From Myxococcota bacterium (GTDB lineage Bacteria; Myxococcota_A; UBA9042), in contig CAXNCS010000004.1 of the NCBI GenBank assembly GCA_964201005.1, positions 51,620 to 115,619 on the forward strand: DNA of 64,000 nucleotides. The letters are read 5' to 3'. Shown one piece after another: positions 17,838 to 26,505 of this stretch. The first letter of the stretch is position 1, and the number at the start of each line of letters is the position of its first letter. Below the pieces are notes generated by a model. It was not told the origin of the DNA, searched no databases, and saw only the letters and a list, made by a program, of their open reading frames with translations. The position numbers were made by a program, and so were the translations under genes.

Positions 17838-19804
17838 GCGGCCGTCCCCCGTCCCGCGACGAAGTCGCCACCCGCGCCGATCTGGCCGAGCCCTCAGGGC
17901 CTGCCGCTGCTGCTGCTGCCGCCGCCCCTGCCGCGGAGGGCGGTTCTGCTGGACCCAGTGTGATTATCCACACCGCGGGCGCAGAGGCCGGCGCAGACGC
18001 CGCGGTGGCCACCCAGGCCGGCGATGAGGAGATCGTCCACAGCCCCACCGTCGCCGACAGCCACGACGGCATCCCCACGCGCCGCGAGAGCGAGGACACC
18101 CGCGACCAGCTCGACGAGAAAATCCGCGCCCACCTAGACCGCGTCGACGCCAAAAAAGACCCGCTGATCGGCCAGATGGTCGGCGGGCGCTTTTTGGTGG
18201 TCAAGAAGATTGGCTCGGGCGGCATGGGCTCTGTGTACCGCGCCCGCCAAGAGGGCATGGACCGCGATGTCGCGATCAAGGTGCTGCTCGCCGACTTGAC
18301 GCAAAATGACACGGTGTTGCGCCGCTTTACCCTAGAGGCCTTAGCGGTCTCGCGCTTGCGCCACCCCAACACCATCCAGATTTTTGACTACGGTCAGACC
18401 CTGGACGGCAACCCCTACATCGCCATGGAGATGCTGGAGGGCCAGACCCTCTACGACCTGCTGCGCAAAGAGAGGCCGCTGCCGGTGCGCCGGGCGATGC
18501 GCATCATGGCTCAGGCGGCGGCGTCGCTGGCAGAAGCGCACGGCAAAGAGATCGTCCACCGCGACCTGAAGCCAGAGAACATCTTTTTGGTCAAAGTCGG
18601 CGACAATGAAGACTATGTCAAAGTGCTGGACTTTGGCGTGGCCAAGCTCCGCGACCACAAGGGCGAGGCGGGCACGCTCACGCAGGCCGGGTCGATCTTT
18701 GGCACGCCGCGCTATATGAGCCCGGAGCAATGCTCTGCCCAGCCGGTGGACGCGCGAAGTGACCTGTATTCCCTGGGGATCATCCTGTACGAGATGATCA
18801 CCGGCCAGGCGCCCTTTGTCGCGGATCAGGGGCTGGCGCTGCTGCTGGCCCATGTCAACGACACGCCGAGGCCGCCGAGCGCCGCGACCGACAAGCAGGT
18901 CATCCCCGCCGAAGTGGAAGACCTGGTCCTCAAGCTGCTGGAGAAACTGCCGGAGCATCGTCTGGAGACGGCCGGCGAATTGGCTAAGCGATGCGAGGAA
19001 TTGGCCGCACAGCTGCCCGCGGCCTTTGACCAATGTGTCGGCACGGCCGAGGAGGCGCAGAGCCTGGGCGTGCGCGTGTCGACCATGACGGCGGAAGACT
19101 CGCCGACCTCGCGGACCCTGCGCATCGGCGGGCTGCCGCTTGGCAATGCCGCGGGCGCTCCGGCGCTGGTGATGGAGGCGCCGGCCAAAAGCTCAGCCGC
19201 CGTCAAGGTGGGCGTAGGTGTCGTGCTGGTCGCGGCCCTTGGCGCGGTGGCCTGGGCGCTGAGCCGGCCTCCCGATGTGGTCGTCAAGACCCAAGTGATC
19301 AAAGAGCAATTGACCGTGACGGTGCCTGGGGCCGCCCTGGACGACCAGCACGTGCGCTTGACGGTCAACAGCAACCCGCCGGGGGCCAAAATCCTCCGCG
19401 GCGACGTGCTGTTGGGCACGACCAACGCCACCCTCGACCACGCCAAGTCCAAGGGCAAGGAGCGCTGGACGCTGATCCGCGACGGCTACGAGGCCCATGA
19501 GCTCGAAGTGGCGCTCGATCAGTCGCAAGTGCTGAGTATTGAACTGAAAAAGCGCGTTGAACTGCCGGCCAATGTCCAGCCGGTCGCCAAGCCGGAGCCC
19601 GGGCATGCAGATCCGCGGCCAGCCGGCAAGCCCGCGCCAGCCAAAGCAGAAGCCGCCAAGGTCGAAGCAAGACCGGCGACCGAACCCGCAGTCGAGCCCG
19701 CCAAGCCGCAGGTCAGCAAGCCCGCCGTGGCAGCGGATCCCAAGCCGGAGCCCAAGGTTGAACCCAAGAAGAAGAAAGACGATCTCTTGGACGACTTGCA
19801 GTAA
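17834..19804 (+). CDS. Eukaryotic-like Ser/Thr protein kinase with a C-terminal TM segment, a PEGA domain and a Lys/Pro/Glu-rich tail
   Basis: Kinase subdomains VAIKVLL, HRDLKPENIFL, DFGVAKL and GTPRYMSPEQ. A TM helix (VGVGVVLVAALGAVAWAL) is followed by a PEGA-like beta domain (LTVNSNPPGAKILRGDVLLGTT...YEAHELEV). The ATG at 17834 overlaps the tmk-like stop (ATGA). Confidence 0.85.
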   Translation: MSGRPPSRDEVATRADLAEPSGPAAAAAAAAPAAEGGSAGPSVIIHTAGAEAGADAAVATQAGDEEIVHSPTVADSHDGIPTRRESEDTRDQLDEKIRAHLDRVDAKKDPLIGQMVGGRFLVVKKIGSGGMGSVYRARQEGMDRDVAIKVLLADLTQNDTVLRRFTLEALAVSRLRHPNTIQIFDYGQTLDGNPYIAMEMLEGQTLYDLLRKERPLPVRRAMRIMAQAAASLAEAHGKEIVHRDLKPENIFLVKVGDNEDYVKVLDFGVAKLRDHKGEAGTLTQAGSIFGTPRYMSPEQCSAQPVDARSDLYSLGIILYEMITGQAPFVADQGLALLLAHVNDTPRPPSAATDKQVIPAEVEDLVLKLLEKLPEHRLETAGELAKRCEELAAQLPAAFDQCVGTAEEAQSLGVRVSTMTAEDSPTSRTLRIGGLPLGNAAGAPALVMEAPAKSSAAVKVGVGVVLVAALGAVAWALSRPPDVVVKTQVIKEQLTVTVPGAALDDQHVRLTVNSNPPGAKILRGDVLLGTTNATLDHAKSKGKERWTLIRDGYEAHELEVALDQSQVLSIELKKRVELPANVQPVAKPEPGHADPRPAGKPAPAKAEAAKVEARPATEPAVEPAKPQVSKPAVAADPKPEPKVEPKKKKDDLLDDLQ

Positions 19805-19834
19805 AGGTGCCGGAAGAGCCCGCGAGATCCTCTT

Positions 19835-20965
19835 CTACAAGCCCTTGGCGCAGCGGAACCCGACGGACAGCAGCGGCTGATCGGTCGGCTTGACCGACAA
19901 CAGCCGGGTGTCTGAGCGGCCGTCGCAGCCGTGGGGCGCCTCAGCATAGGAGCCGCCGCGCACCATCCGCCGCTGGGCGGTGTTCTTGCCGGTGTACGCG
20001 CCATCGATCGGCGCCGCGCCCGCCGGCGGTTTGGCGCAAATCGGCGTACCGCACGGCTGATAGCAGTTGGGCTTGGCTTCCGGGGTACTGTCGCTGCCAC
20101 AGGCGCACGGCTGGCACACCGACTCGCAGAGCTCGCGCTTCTTGTTCTTGAGGCACTGCAGGCAATCGCTGCACGTGTACGGCTGGGTTGCGTCGCAGGT
20201 CAGCTGCTCGACATAGTCGCTGGCGGTGTATTCGGCGACATTTCCTGCGAGATCGTAGACCTTTCCGCCGCCTTCGCTGACCGCGTCGTCCTCTGAGGTC
20301 ATGACTTCGCGGGTCTGCGCCGCACCGCCATTGCACAGCTTGAGGTTGACGTTGGCGCCCTTGCAGTCCTTGAGTTCAGGCTGGTAGCCCAACACCTCTG
20401 GCATCCAGGTAAAGACCCGCTTCTGCGCTGCGGTTTTGGCCGCCCCGCCCGCGACGCGCTCCCACTCGTACTCGGTTGGCAGGCGCTTGCCCACAAAGCG
20501 GCAGTATTCCGCCGCCTGACTCCAGCGCACCAGAATCACCGGGTATTTGTTGTACTTTTCGTTGGTGTAGTAGACGTCAGTGATGCCGGTGGGGCCGTTG
20601 TCGCCCGCAGGCAGCGAGCACGCGCCCATCTCTTCGCAGTAGCGGTACTGCTCGACCGTCACCTCGTGCACGTCCAGGGCAAACGGCTTGAGCTGCACCG
20701 GGATCGCCGGCTGACCCGCGACAAAACTCGTCTTGGTATCGCACTCTTCTGTCGACTGGGGGATGCCGCAGCCCAGCTCGCCCATGCCAAAAGTGAACGG
20801 CCCGGTGTCGCGAATCTCGACCATCGGCGTGGGCTCAGGGGCAGGGCGGCCTTCGGCGCAACCGCTCAGGCTCAAAAGCCCCAAAGCGGCAATTCCCAGG
20901 GCCGTAGCGGCGCTTGCGTCGCCCCACCCGCCGGGGATCCAGCGCTTGCTCTTTGTGTTTGCCAT
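19835..20965 (-). CDS. Formylglycine-generating-enzyme (FGE/SUMF1/EgtB/PvdO-type) domain lipoprotein
   Basis: FGE-sulfatase domain motifs RLPTEYEWERVAGG, RGGSY and VGFRC. The start is the ATG at 20963-20965 (MANTKSKRW...ALGLLSLSGCAEG lipobox). The C-terminal half is Cys-rich. Confidence 0.7.
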   Translation of the reverse strand: MANTKSKRWIPGGWGDASAATALGIAALGLLSLSGCAEGRPAPEPTPMVEIRDTGPFTFGMGELGCGIPQSTEECDTKTSFVAGQPAIPVQLKPFALDVHEVTVEQYRYCEEMGACSLPAGDNGPTGITDVYYTNEKYNKYPVILVRWSQAAEYCRFVGKRLPTEYEWERVAGGAAKTAAQKRVFTWMPEVLGYQPELKDCKGANVNLKLCNGGAAQTREVMTSEDDAVSEGGGKVYDLAGNVAEYTASDYVEQLTCDATQPYTCSDCLQCLKNKKRELCESVCQPCACGSDSTPEAKPNCYQPCGTPICAKPPAGAAPIDGAYTGKNTAQRRMVRGGSYAEAPHGCDGRSDTRLLSVKPTDQPLLSVGFRCAKGL

Positions 20966-20967
20966 GG

Positions 20968-22149
20968 CTATCGCACCTTTTGCGGCGGGAGCGGCAACAG
21001 TTCGACGCCCGCGCCCGGCACCGGACCGTCGACCTTTTCCTGGGCCGGCGTGCTGTCGCGCAGCCCGTCCCACACCACCAGCAGCAGCCCCAGACCCGCA
21101 GCGGCGCCACCGCCCCAATAGCCTGTGTTCTGCCAGAGTTCCAGCTCATTAAACAGGGGCGAGCCGCGGTATTCCTTGTCGGCATAGTACGACGCCACGC
21201 CACCTGCGCCGGTCGCCAGCCCGCCGGTGATCAGCAGCGGCCACCCCAGGTAACTGCGCCAACTCGAAGAACCTTCCAAGCGCCCCAGCACCATCTTGAC
21301 CCGCAGCAGCTTGTCTTCCGGCACCTGCAGAACCTGCTCGGCCGTCGAATAGCCGGCCCGCGACACTGCCACTTGGTGCGGCCCCGGTTCGACATCGATC
21401 TGGCCGTCAAACGGCGTCACCGCCACCACTTTGCCGTCGACAATCACCTGAGCGCCGCGCACGTTTGCCCACACCGCCAGGGCCGCGCGCTTGACCGTCG
21501 ACTTCATCGACAGCACCACGTTGACCTTGCCCGTCTGCGGCACCAGCACTTCCGCGTCCAGATCCGTATGGCGATCGAGCTTGAGGGTGATCTTGTGCGT
21601 CCCCGGCTGCAGGTGGGTGACCAGCGGGGTCGTCCCCAAAGTCGCGCCATTCTCCAGCACCTGAGCTCCAGGCGGCACAGACTGCACGGTCACTTCCGGC
21701 AAGGCCTCAAAAGCACGGCGCTTGAGCTCGCGAATCAGCGCCTGCACGTCCGCCATGTTGGGCGGCTCGGCGCCGCCGTTCTGCGCGCGGTGCAGCTGAA
21801 TGTACGCTTCCAACAGCTGCACGGCCTCGACATACTCGCCAAGCTTCTCTTTGCAGCGCGCCATGTTGTAGACAAAGGACGGCCGCGGGTCGGTGTTCTG
21901 CGCTTTGAGGAAGAGCTCAAAGGCCTCTTTGTACTTCTGCTCGCGGTACAGCGCCTTGCCCTGGTCGCTGAACCCATCGGCTTCTGCGGCGCGCGGACTC
22001 TCGACCGCGGCGGCAGGGGGAGGCGGCGGCGGCGGGGCGGGCTCGTCGGCCTGGAGCGGCAGCGCCCCAAGCTGTAGGCCCAGCGTCAGCCACGCGCCCA
22101 AAACGGCGGCCCACCGGGCCCTTTTGCGGCGGTGTATTGCTTGGATCAT
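20968..22149 (-). CDS. TPR-repeat and PEGA-domain membrane protein
   Basis: The start is taken as the ATG at 22147-22149 (MIQAIHRRKRARWAAVLGAWLTLGLQ signal). It has a poly-Pro linker, a TPR-like region (GKALYREQKYKEAFELFLKAQ...), two PEGA-like beta domains and a C-terminal TM helix. Its stop abuts the start of the FGE-domain gene with a 2-nt gap. Confidence 0.6.
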   Translation of the reverse strand: MIQAIHRRKRARWAAVLGAWLTLGLQLGALPLQADEPAPPPPPPPAAAVESPRAAEADGFSDQGKALYREQKYKEAFELFLKAQNTDPRPSFVYNMARCKEKLGEYVEAVQLLEAYIQLHRAQNGGAEPPNMADVQALIRELKRRAFEALPEVTVQSVPPGAQVLENGATLGTTPLVTHLQPGTHKITLKLDRHTDLDAEVLVPQTGKVNVVLSMKSTVKRAALAVWANVRGAQVIVDGKVVAVTPFDGQIDVEPGPHQVAVSRAGYSTAEQVLQVPEDKLLRVKMVLGRLEGSSSWRSYLGWPLLITGGLATGAGGVASYYADKEYRGSPLFNELELWQNTGYWGGGAAAGLGLLLVVWDGLRDSTPAQEKVDGPVPGAGVELLPLPPQKVR

Positions 22150-22350
22150 GGCGTCTGCTGCTGCGCCCATCGCGCTGTCACTCCCGGCCACCGCGCGCGG
22201 TGTGCGTTTCTGTGGCCCCATGGTAGCAGCAAGCGCTTCAGCGCGCGAGTCCGGCAACAACCCCGCGGAGGATTTCGGCCTTGCTGGGCCGCTACCGCAA
22301 AAGCAGCATCTCCGCCGCAGGGGCGCCGCCGCTGGCTGGCCGCAAGGGCG

Positions 22351-22866
22351 CTATTTTTCTACGGTTGTGCAGATGATAATCAGCCGATCGCTGCCTGCCC
22401 GCACGTCCAAAGTGCGCCCGCCTGGAGCCACAGAGCGGATCGACTTGGACTTGGGCAGCTCCAACGCGTGGCGCACCCGCATTGGGGGTCCCTGAACAAT
22501 CTCAAGCAGTTGCAGCGCCATGTCCGCACCGTCAGGCAGCTTGAGCTGGTTGCGCTGGCCCACTTGCAGGCGCAAGTTGTGGGTGCTGACAAGGGAGAAG
22601 ACGTTGTAATCCTGATGTAAAGACCCAAGCTCGCGCTGCAGATCGCTCAGCCGCGGATCGACCTTGGCTGTGGCGGCGCGCGTGCCTTCAATCACCCGCA
22701 CAGAAAAGCCAGCCGCCGTTTGGGCCTGCGCCTGGGCCTGCGCGGGGGCCAAAGCCGCGACGATGAGCCCCACGGCCACCAACGCGGTCAAAGCGATGGC
22801 AAACCAACGGGAGCCCAGCAGAGTTGGCCTCGGCGCGGAAGAGCGGCGGTGCGGCGTTGCGATCAT
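22351..22866 (-). CDS. Hypothetical secreted protein, third gene of the ECF sigma/anti-sigma operon
   Basis: Signal/TM segment (WFAIALTALVAVGLIVAALAPAQAQAQA). Its start overlaps the anti-sigma stop by 4 nt. Confidence 0.5.
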   Translation of the reverse strand: MIATPHRRSSAPRPTLLGSRWFAIALTALVAVGLIVAALAPAQAQAQAQTAAGFSVRVIEGTRAATAKVDPRLSDLQRELGSLHQDYNVFSLVSTHNLRLQVGQRNQLKLPDGADMALQLLEIVQGPPMRVRHALELPKSKSIRSVAPGGRTLDVRAGSDRLIIICTTVEK

Positions 22867-23495
22867 CCTTCCCCCTGGCCCTGGAAGTGCCAGATCACCG
22901 TCGGCTGGTTGGCGCCGCTGCCGGGTGTCACTGCGACCGAGCCGGATTCAACCTCCAGCTCCTCGATGATCACCGCTGGTTGATCCTCTTCACCCACTGG
23001 TAGATGCGACGCGACGGCAGGAGGTTCCACCGCGGCCTGTGGGGGCACCGCAGGGTCCGTGCGCCAGACCACCAGCAGGGCGGCTACCGCCACGGCGCCC
23101 AAGGCGAATCCCGCTTTGCCAAGGCCAAATCCGCGCAGACCTTGCAGCACGCCGTCCAGCCAACTCGCCGGAGCTGCTGGCGCCGCCGGAGCGCGGACCT
23201 CGGCGGGCAGGCGACTCATCACCCGGCCGCGCAGCATCGACAGGTCGACGTCCGCCGCTGGAGCCTCGCCGCCGGTAGCCCACAGGCCGATCGCGAACTT
23301 GCTGCCCTGCAAATCGGCAAACACGGCGCGGGCTTGAGCGGAGCGCTCCAGGATGGCTTCGGCTTCGGCGCGCTCTTGGGGATCGGCGCCCAGCTCTCCA
23401 TCGGCGAGCAGCACCAACCGCTCAAAATCGCGATCGAGCAACTCAGGGCCGGCGTTCTGGCTCTGGGAGGGATCGAGGTGCTGGGAATCAGACAT
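22863..23495 (-). CDS. Membrane-anchored anti-sigma factor (putative)
   Basis: It lies immediately downstream of the ECF sigma gene with an 8-nt overlap. It has an N-terminal cytoplasmic acidic region, one TM helix (FALGAVAVAALLVVW) and a periplasmic C-terminus. Confidence 0.6.
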   Translation of the reverse strand: MSDSQHLDPSQSQNAGPELLDRDFERLVLLADGELGADPQERAEAEAILERSAQARAVFADLQGSKFAIGLWATGGEAPAADVDLSMLRGRVMSRLPAEVRAPAAPAAPASWLDGVLQGLRGFGLGKAGFALGAVAVAALLVVWRTDPAVPPQAAVEPPAVASHLPVGEEDQPAVIIEELEVESGSVAVTPGSGANQPTVIWHFQGQGEG

Positions 23496-24105
23496 CGCGG
23501 ACCTCCTGGCGGTAGTCTTCGAGTTCGACCTGCAGCCGCTTGCGCGCGTAGAAAAGCCGACTCATCACGGTGCCTTTGGGGATGCCGAGCTCGTCGGCAA
23601 TCTCCTGGTATGAATAGCCGTGGACATCGCAGAGCAGCACGCATTGGCGGTGGGTCTCGGGCAGGGTCGCCAGCGCCTTGCCCAAGCGATCGGCCAACTG
23701 GGCGCGGGCCAGTTCGCGCAAAGGGCTGGCGCGGCCAAAAGTGCCGACCGACGGCAGATCGCCTTCATCGAGGTGATCGCTGCTGTAGGTCTCGTCGAGC
23801 TCATCGGCAGCGCGGGTGCGGCGGCGGCGGATCCGGTCGATGCAGGCGTTCGCGGCGATGCGAAAAACCCAGGCGCGAAAGTTCGAATCGCGGCGGAACA
23901 ACTCCAAGCGCGTAAAGGCTTTGAGGAATGTGTCCTGCACCAGATCCATCGCCTCGGCCTCGTCGCGAATGTGCGACATGCACAGATGGAAGACCGGCCG
24001 CTTGAGGCGATCGACGAGCTCGCCGAACGCTGCGCGGTCGCCATCAAGGGCGCGGGTGACCAGTTGCTGCTCGAGCTCGTCCACCAGACGCCCCCGCGCT
24101 CCCAT
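23488..24105 (-). CDS. ECF (sigma-70 family, group 4) RNA polymerase sigma factor
   Basis: Region 2 (DLVQDTFLKAFTRLELFRRDSNFRAWVFRIAANACIDRIRRRR) and region 4 (CVLLCDVHGYSYQEIADELGIPKGTVMSRLFYARKRLQ). The start is the ATG at 24103-24105. Confidence 0.85.
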   Translation of the reverse strand: MGARGRLVDELEQQLVTRALDGDRAAFGELVDRLKRPVFHLCMSHIRDEAEAMDLVQDTFLKAFTRLELFRRDSNFRAWVFRIAANACIDRIRRRRTRAADELDETYSSDHLDEGDLPSVGTFGRASPLRELARAQLADRLGKALATLPETHRQCVLLCDVHGYSYQEIADELGIPKGTVMSRLFYARKRLQVELEDYRQEVRDV

Positions 24106-24246
24106 CTTAGGCAACGCATCTCGGCGGCGATTATTCAACGGACCGGCGCTAATGACCAGGGCCCCTGCAGGCAATTGGATGTCAATGGACTCAAGCTGTG
24201 GCAGTATTGCCGCGGCGCCGGTGGGACTTGGCGAAGAGAGCGATCA

Positions 24247-25758
24247 ATGGCAAGGATGGGGCGCAATTGGCTGGTGGCGGCGGTTGGAATGCTGGCGATC
24301 GCGGCTGGCTGTCAGAAAAAACCAGCGCCGGATGCGCCGGCCGCGGCGGCCCAAGCCCCGCCAGAAGCCAAGCCGGCGAGCCCAGCCACGGCTTTGCCCC
24401 AGGCGGCGACGGCGGCAGCGGTGCCAGCTCCGGCCGCAGCGACGGTGGTGCAAGCGGTCGAGGCTACAGAGGCGCAGGCGCTGGTCGATGCGTGGCTGCA
24501 GGCCCAGAACAAAGGCGATTTTGAGGCGTACCAGAAGCTGTATGCCCAGCGCATGACCGGGGTGCGGCGCAGCGGCGAGGTGGCCAAAAGCTTTGCCCGG
24601 CCCGGCTGGCTGGCCGACCGGCGGCGGATGTTTGCCAAGCAGATGCAGGTCACGGCGAGCGAAGTGCAGATCACCGCGGGGCCGACGGCGGCCGTGTTGT
24701 TCAGCCAGCAGTTTGCCTCGGGCAACTTCTCTGATGTGGGGCCAAAGCGCTTGGTGCTGGTGCGCGAAGCCGGGCAAGTGCGGATCGCCCGCGAAGAAAT
24801 GCTGGCCTCGCAGGTGCTGGACGGCGCGCTGCCGGCAGAACCGCTTCCGGCCGAACAGCTGGCGATCGCCCTGCACGGCGGAGACCAGGTGTGGCTGGCG
24901 GTGGCACTGGCTGGCAAAGCGCCGGCGCAAGGGCCGCTCAAGCTGTGGAGTCGCGAGGGGCCGGCTACGGCGTCGCGGCCGAGCCAGTGGCCAGAAGCGC
25001 TGCAGGCTTGGCGCGATCGCGACGTGGTGCTGTATGGCCCAGCGGGCGAAGTGTGCCGCGCCCAAGTAGAGGCGGCCGAGCTGGTGGCCCAGGTGGTGCC
25101 GCACTTTGGCCGGGTGCAGAGCTGGAAGGGCGAAGACGGCGCCCCGGCGGCGGGCGATCAAGAAGTGGCGCAGGAGATCATGGACCAGGTCGGCACGGCG
25201 CTGGTGCTGGGGGCGCGGCTCAAGCCCAATCGCGGCGATTGTCGCGGTGCGGTGTGGGGGCGGGCGTCGAATTTGGCGCCGGCGGCGATCTACGACCGGG
25301 CCGATATGCCGGCCAGCTCGCTGCGGGTGGCGGCGGAGACGGCGCTGCGCGGCCTGGAGAAATACAAGAAATTCCAAAGGGAATTCCTGGAGCAGGTGCC
25401 GGCGCCGCGGCCGGCGTTCTGGGACCTCCTGGACGGCGCCAAGGCCGAGGTGACGCTGCTGGTGGGGCCGGGCAAGCAAGTGGCACTGGTGGGAGCGCGG
25501 GCCGGCGATTTTTGCGGCGGATTTGGCGCGGAGCTGCTCACCGCCTGGGATGTCAAGCCCTTGCCGATGGACGATTTCAAGCTGCGGCTGATCAGCGATG
25601 AGCGCGGCGGCGACCTGCAAATGCCCGTCACAGCGGCCGATGTCGATGGCGATGGCGAACCAGAGCTCATCGCCCCGCGGCAGATTTGGCGGCGTTCAGG
25701 GGCGACATGGCGGCCGGTGACGACTTGGGCGCTGCCGTATTTTGACTGCCCCTGTTGA
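24247..25758 (+). CDS. Hypothetical lipoprotein with an N-terminal NTF2/SnoaL-like domain
   Basis: Start at the ATG at 24247 (MARMGRNWLVAAVGMLAIAAGCQKK lipobox). AQALVDAWLQAQNKGDFEAYQKLYA resembles DUF4440/SnoaL-like domains. It is divergent from the ECF sigma operon. The part of the ORF-track ORF upstream of 24247 is antisense to the sigma gene. Confidence 0.55.
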   Translation: MARMGRNWLVAAVGMLAIAAGCQKKPAPDAPAAAAQAPPEAKPASPATALPQAATAAAVPAPAAATVVQAVEATEAQALVDAWLQAQNKGDFEAYQKLYAQRMTGVRRSGEVAKSFARPGWLADRRRMFAKQMQVTASEVQITAGPTAAVLFSQQFASGNFSDVGPKRLVLVREAGQVRIAREEMLASQVLDGALPAEPLPAEQLAIALHGGDQVWLAVALAGKAPAQGPLKLWSREGPATASRPSQWPEALQAWRDRDVVLYGPAGEVCRAQVEAAELVAQVVPHFGRVQSWKGEDGAPAAGDQEVAQEIMDQVGTALVLGARLKPNRGDCRGAVWGRASNLAPAAIYDRADMPASSLRVAAETALRGLEKYKKFQREFLEQVPAPRPAFWDLLDGAKAEVTLLVGPGKQVALVGARAGDFCGGFGAELLTAWDVKPLPMDDFKLRLISDERGGDLQMPVTAADVDGDGEPELIAPRQIWRRSGATWRPVTTWALPYFDCPC

Positions 25759-25827
25759 TCTGTGCCGGGCTGCGACTGGTTTGGGAGTCGCGGCCGTGGG
25801 ATACTGCGGAAAATTGCTGGGGGCACA

Positions 25828-26505
25828 ATGGTCGCAACGCTGGTGCTGTTCGACATCGACGGCACTTTGATCACCAGCGGCGGGGCGGGCCGGCGGGCCA
25901 TGGAGCAGGCGCTGGCGGCGTCGGGCTGTCGCGGGCTGCAATTCTCCATGGCCGGCATGACCGACCGGGCGATTGTGCGGCGGGCCCTGCAGGCTGAGGC
26001 GATGGAAGCTGAGGCCGGCTTGATCGACGAAATCCTGAGCCGCTACTTGGCTATTCTCCAGGTCTCCCTGGGCAATCAGGTGCAGGTGCTGCGCGGCGTT
26101 CAGGCATTGATCGACCAACTGGCCGCCTGGCCGGAAGTGCAAATGGGCCTAGGGACCGGCAACCTAGCGGCTGGGGCCGAGATCAAGCTGAGGCCTACCG
26201 GCTTGTGGCCGCGCTTTGCCTTTGGCGGCTTTGGCTGCGATGCAGAGCGGCGCCCGGAGCTGTTGGCGGTTGCGGCCCGCCGCGGTGCCCAGGCGGCAGG
26301 GAAGGCGCTGGAGCATTGCCGGGTGGTGGTGGTCGGCGACACGGTCCACGACGTGGATGCGGCGAAGGCCAATGGCTTTGCCTGCGTGGCCGTGGCGAGC
26401 GGCGGTAACGACCGGGCGACGCTGGCCGGCGCAGCGCCCGAGCTGCTGATCGACAGCCTAGAAGAGCGACAACTGCTGAGTTGGCTAAAGGAATTGACCA
26501 GATGA
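25828..26505 (+). CDS. HAD-superfamily hydrolase (phosphoglycolate phosphatase-like)
   Basis: Motif I LVLFDIDGTLI. Later the HAD motifs VVVVGDTVHDVDAAKANG are present. Confidence 0.7.
   Translation: MVATLVLFDIDGTLITSGGAGRRAMEQALAASGCRGLQFSMAGMTDRAIVRRALQAEAMEAEAGLIDEILSRYLAILQVSLGNQVQVLRGVQALIDQLAAWPEVQMGLGTGNLAAGAEIKLRPTGLWPRFAFGGFGCDAERRPELLAVAARRGAQAAGKALEHCRVVVVGDTVHDVDAAKANGFACVAVASGGNDRATLAGAAPELLIDSLEERQLLSWLKELTR

Noticed and set aside
20914-22077. 387-aa plus-strand ORF across the TPR-PEGA gene
   Set aside because: It is an Arg-rich antisense artefact. The minus-strand product has coherent signal, TPR and PEGA architecture.
23620-24246. N-terminal 209 aa of the ORF-track ORF 23620-25758
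   Set aside because: That segment is antisense to the ECF sigma gene. The real gene starts at the ATG at 24247, which is followed by a lipoprotein signal.
24244-25620. 458-aa minus-strand ORF opposite the SnoaL-like lipoprotein gene
   Set aside because: It is an antisense frame that is Arg/Pro/His-rich and has no motifs. The plus-strand gene has a clean lipobox and is globular.
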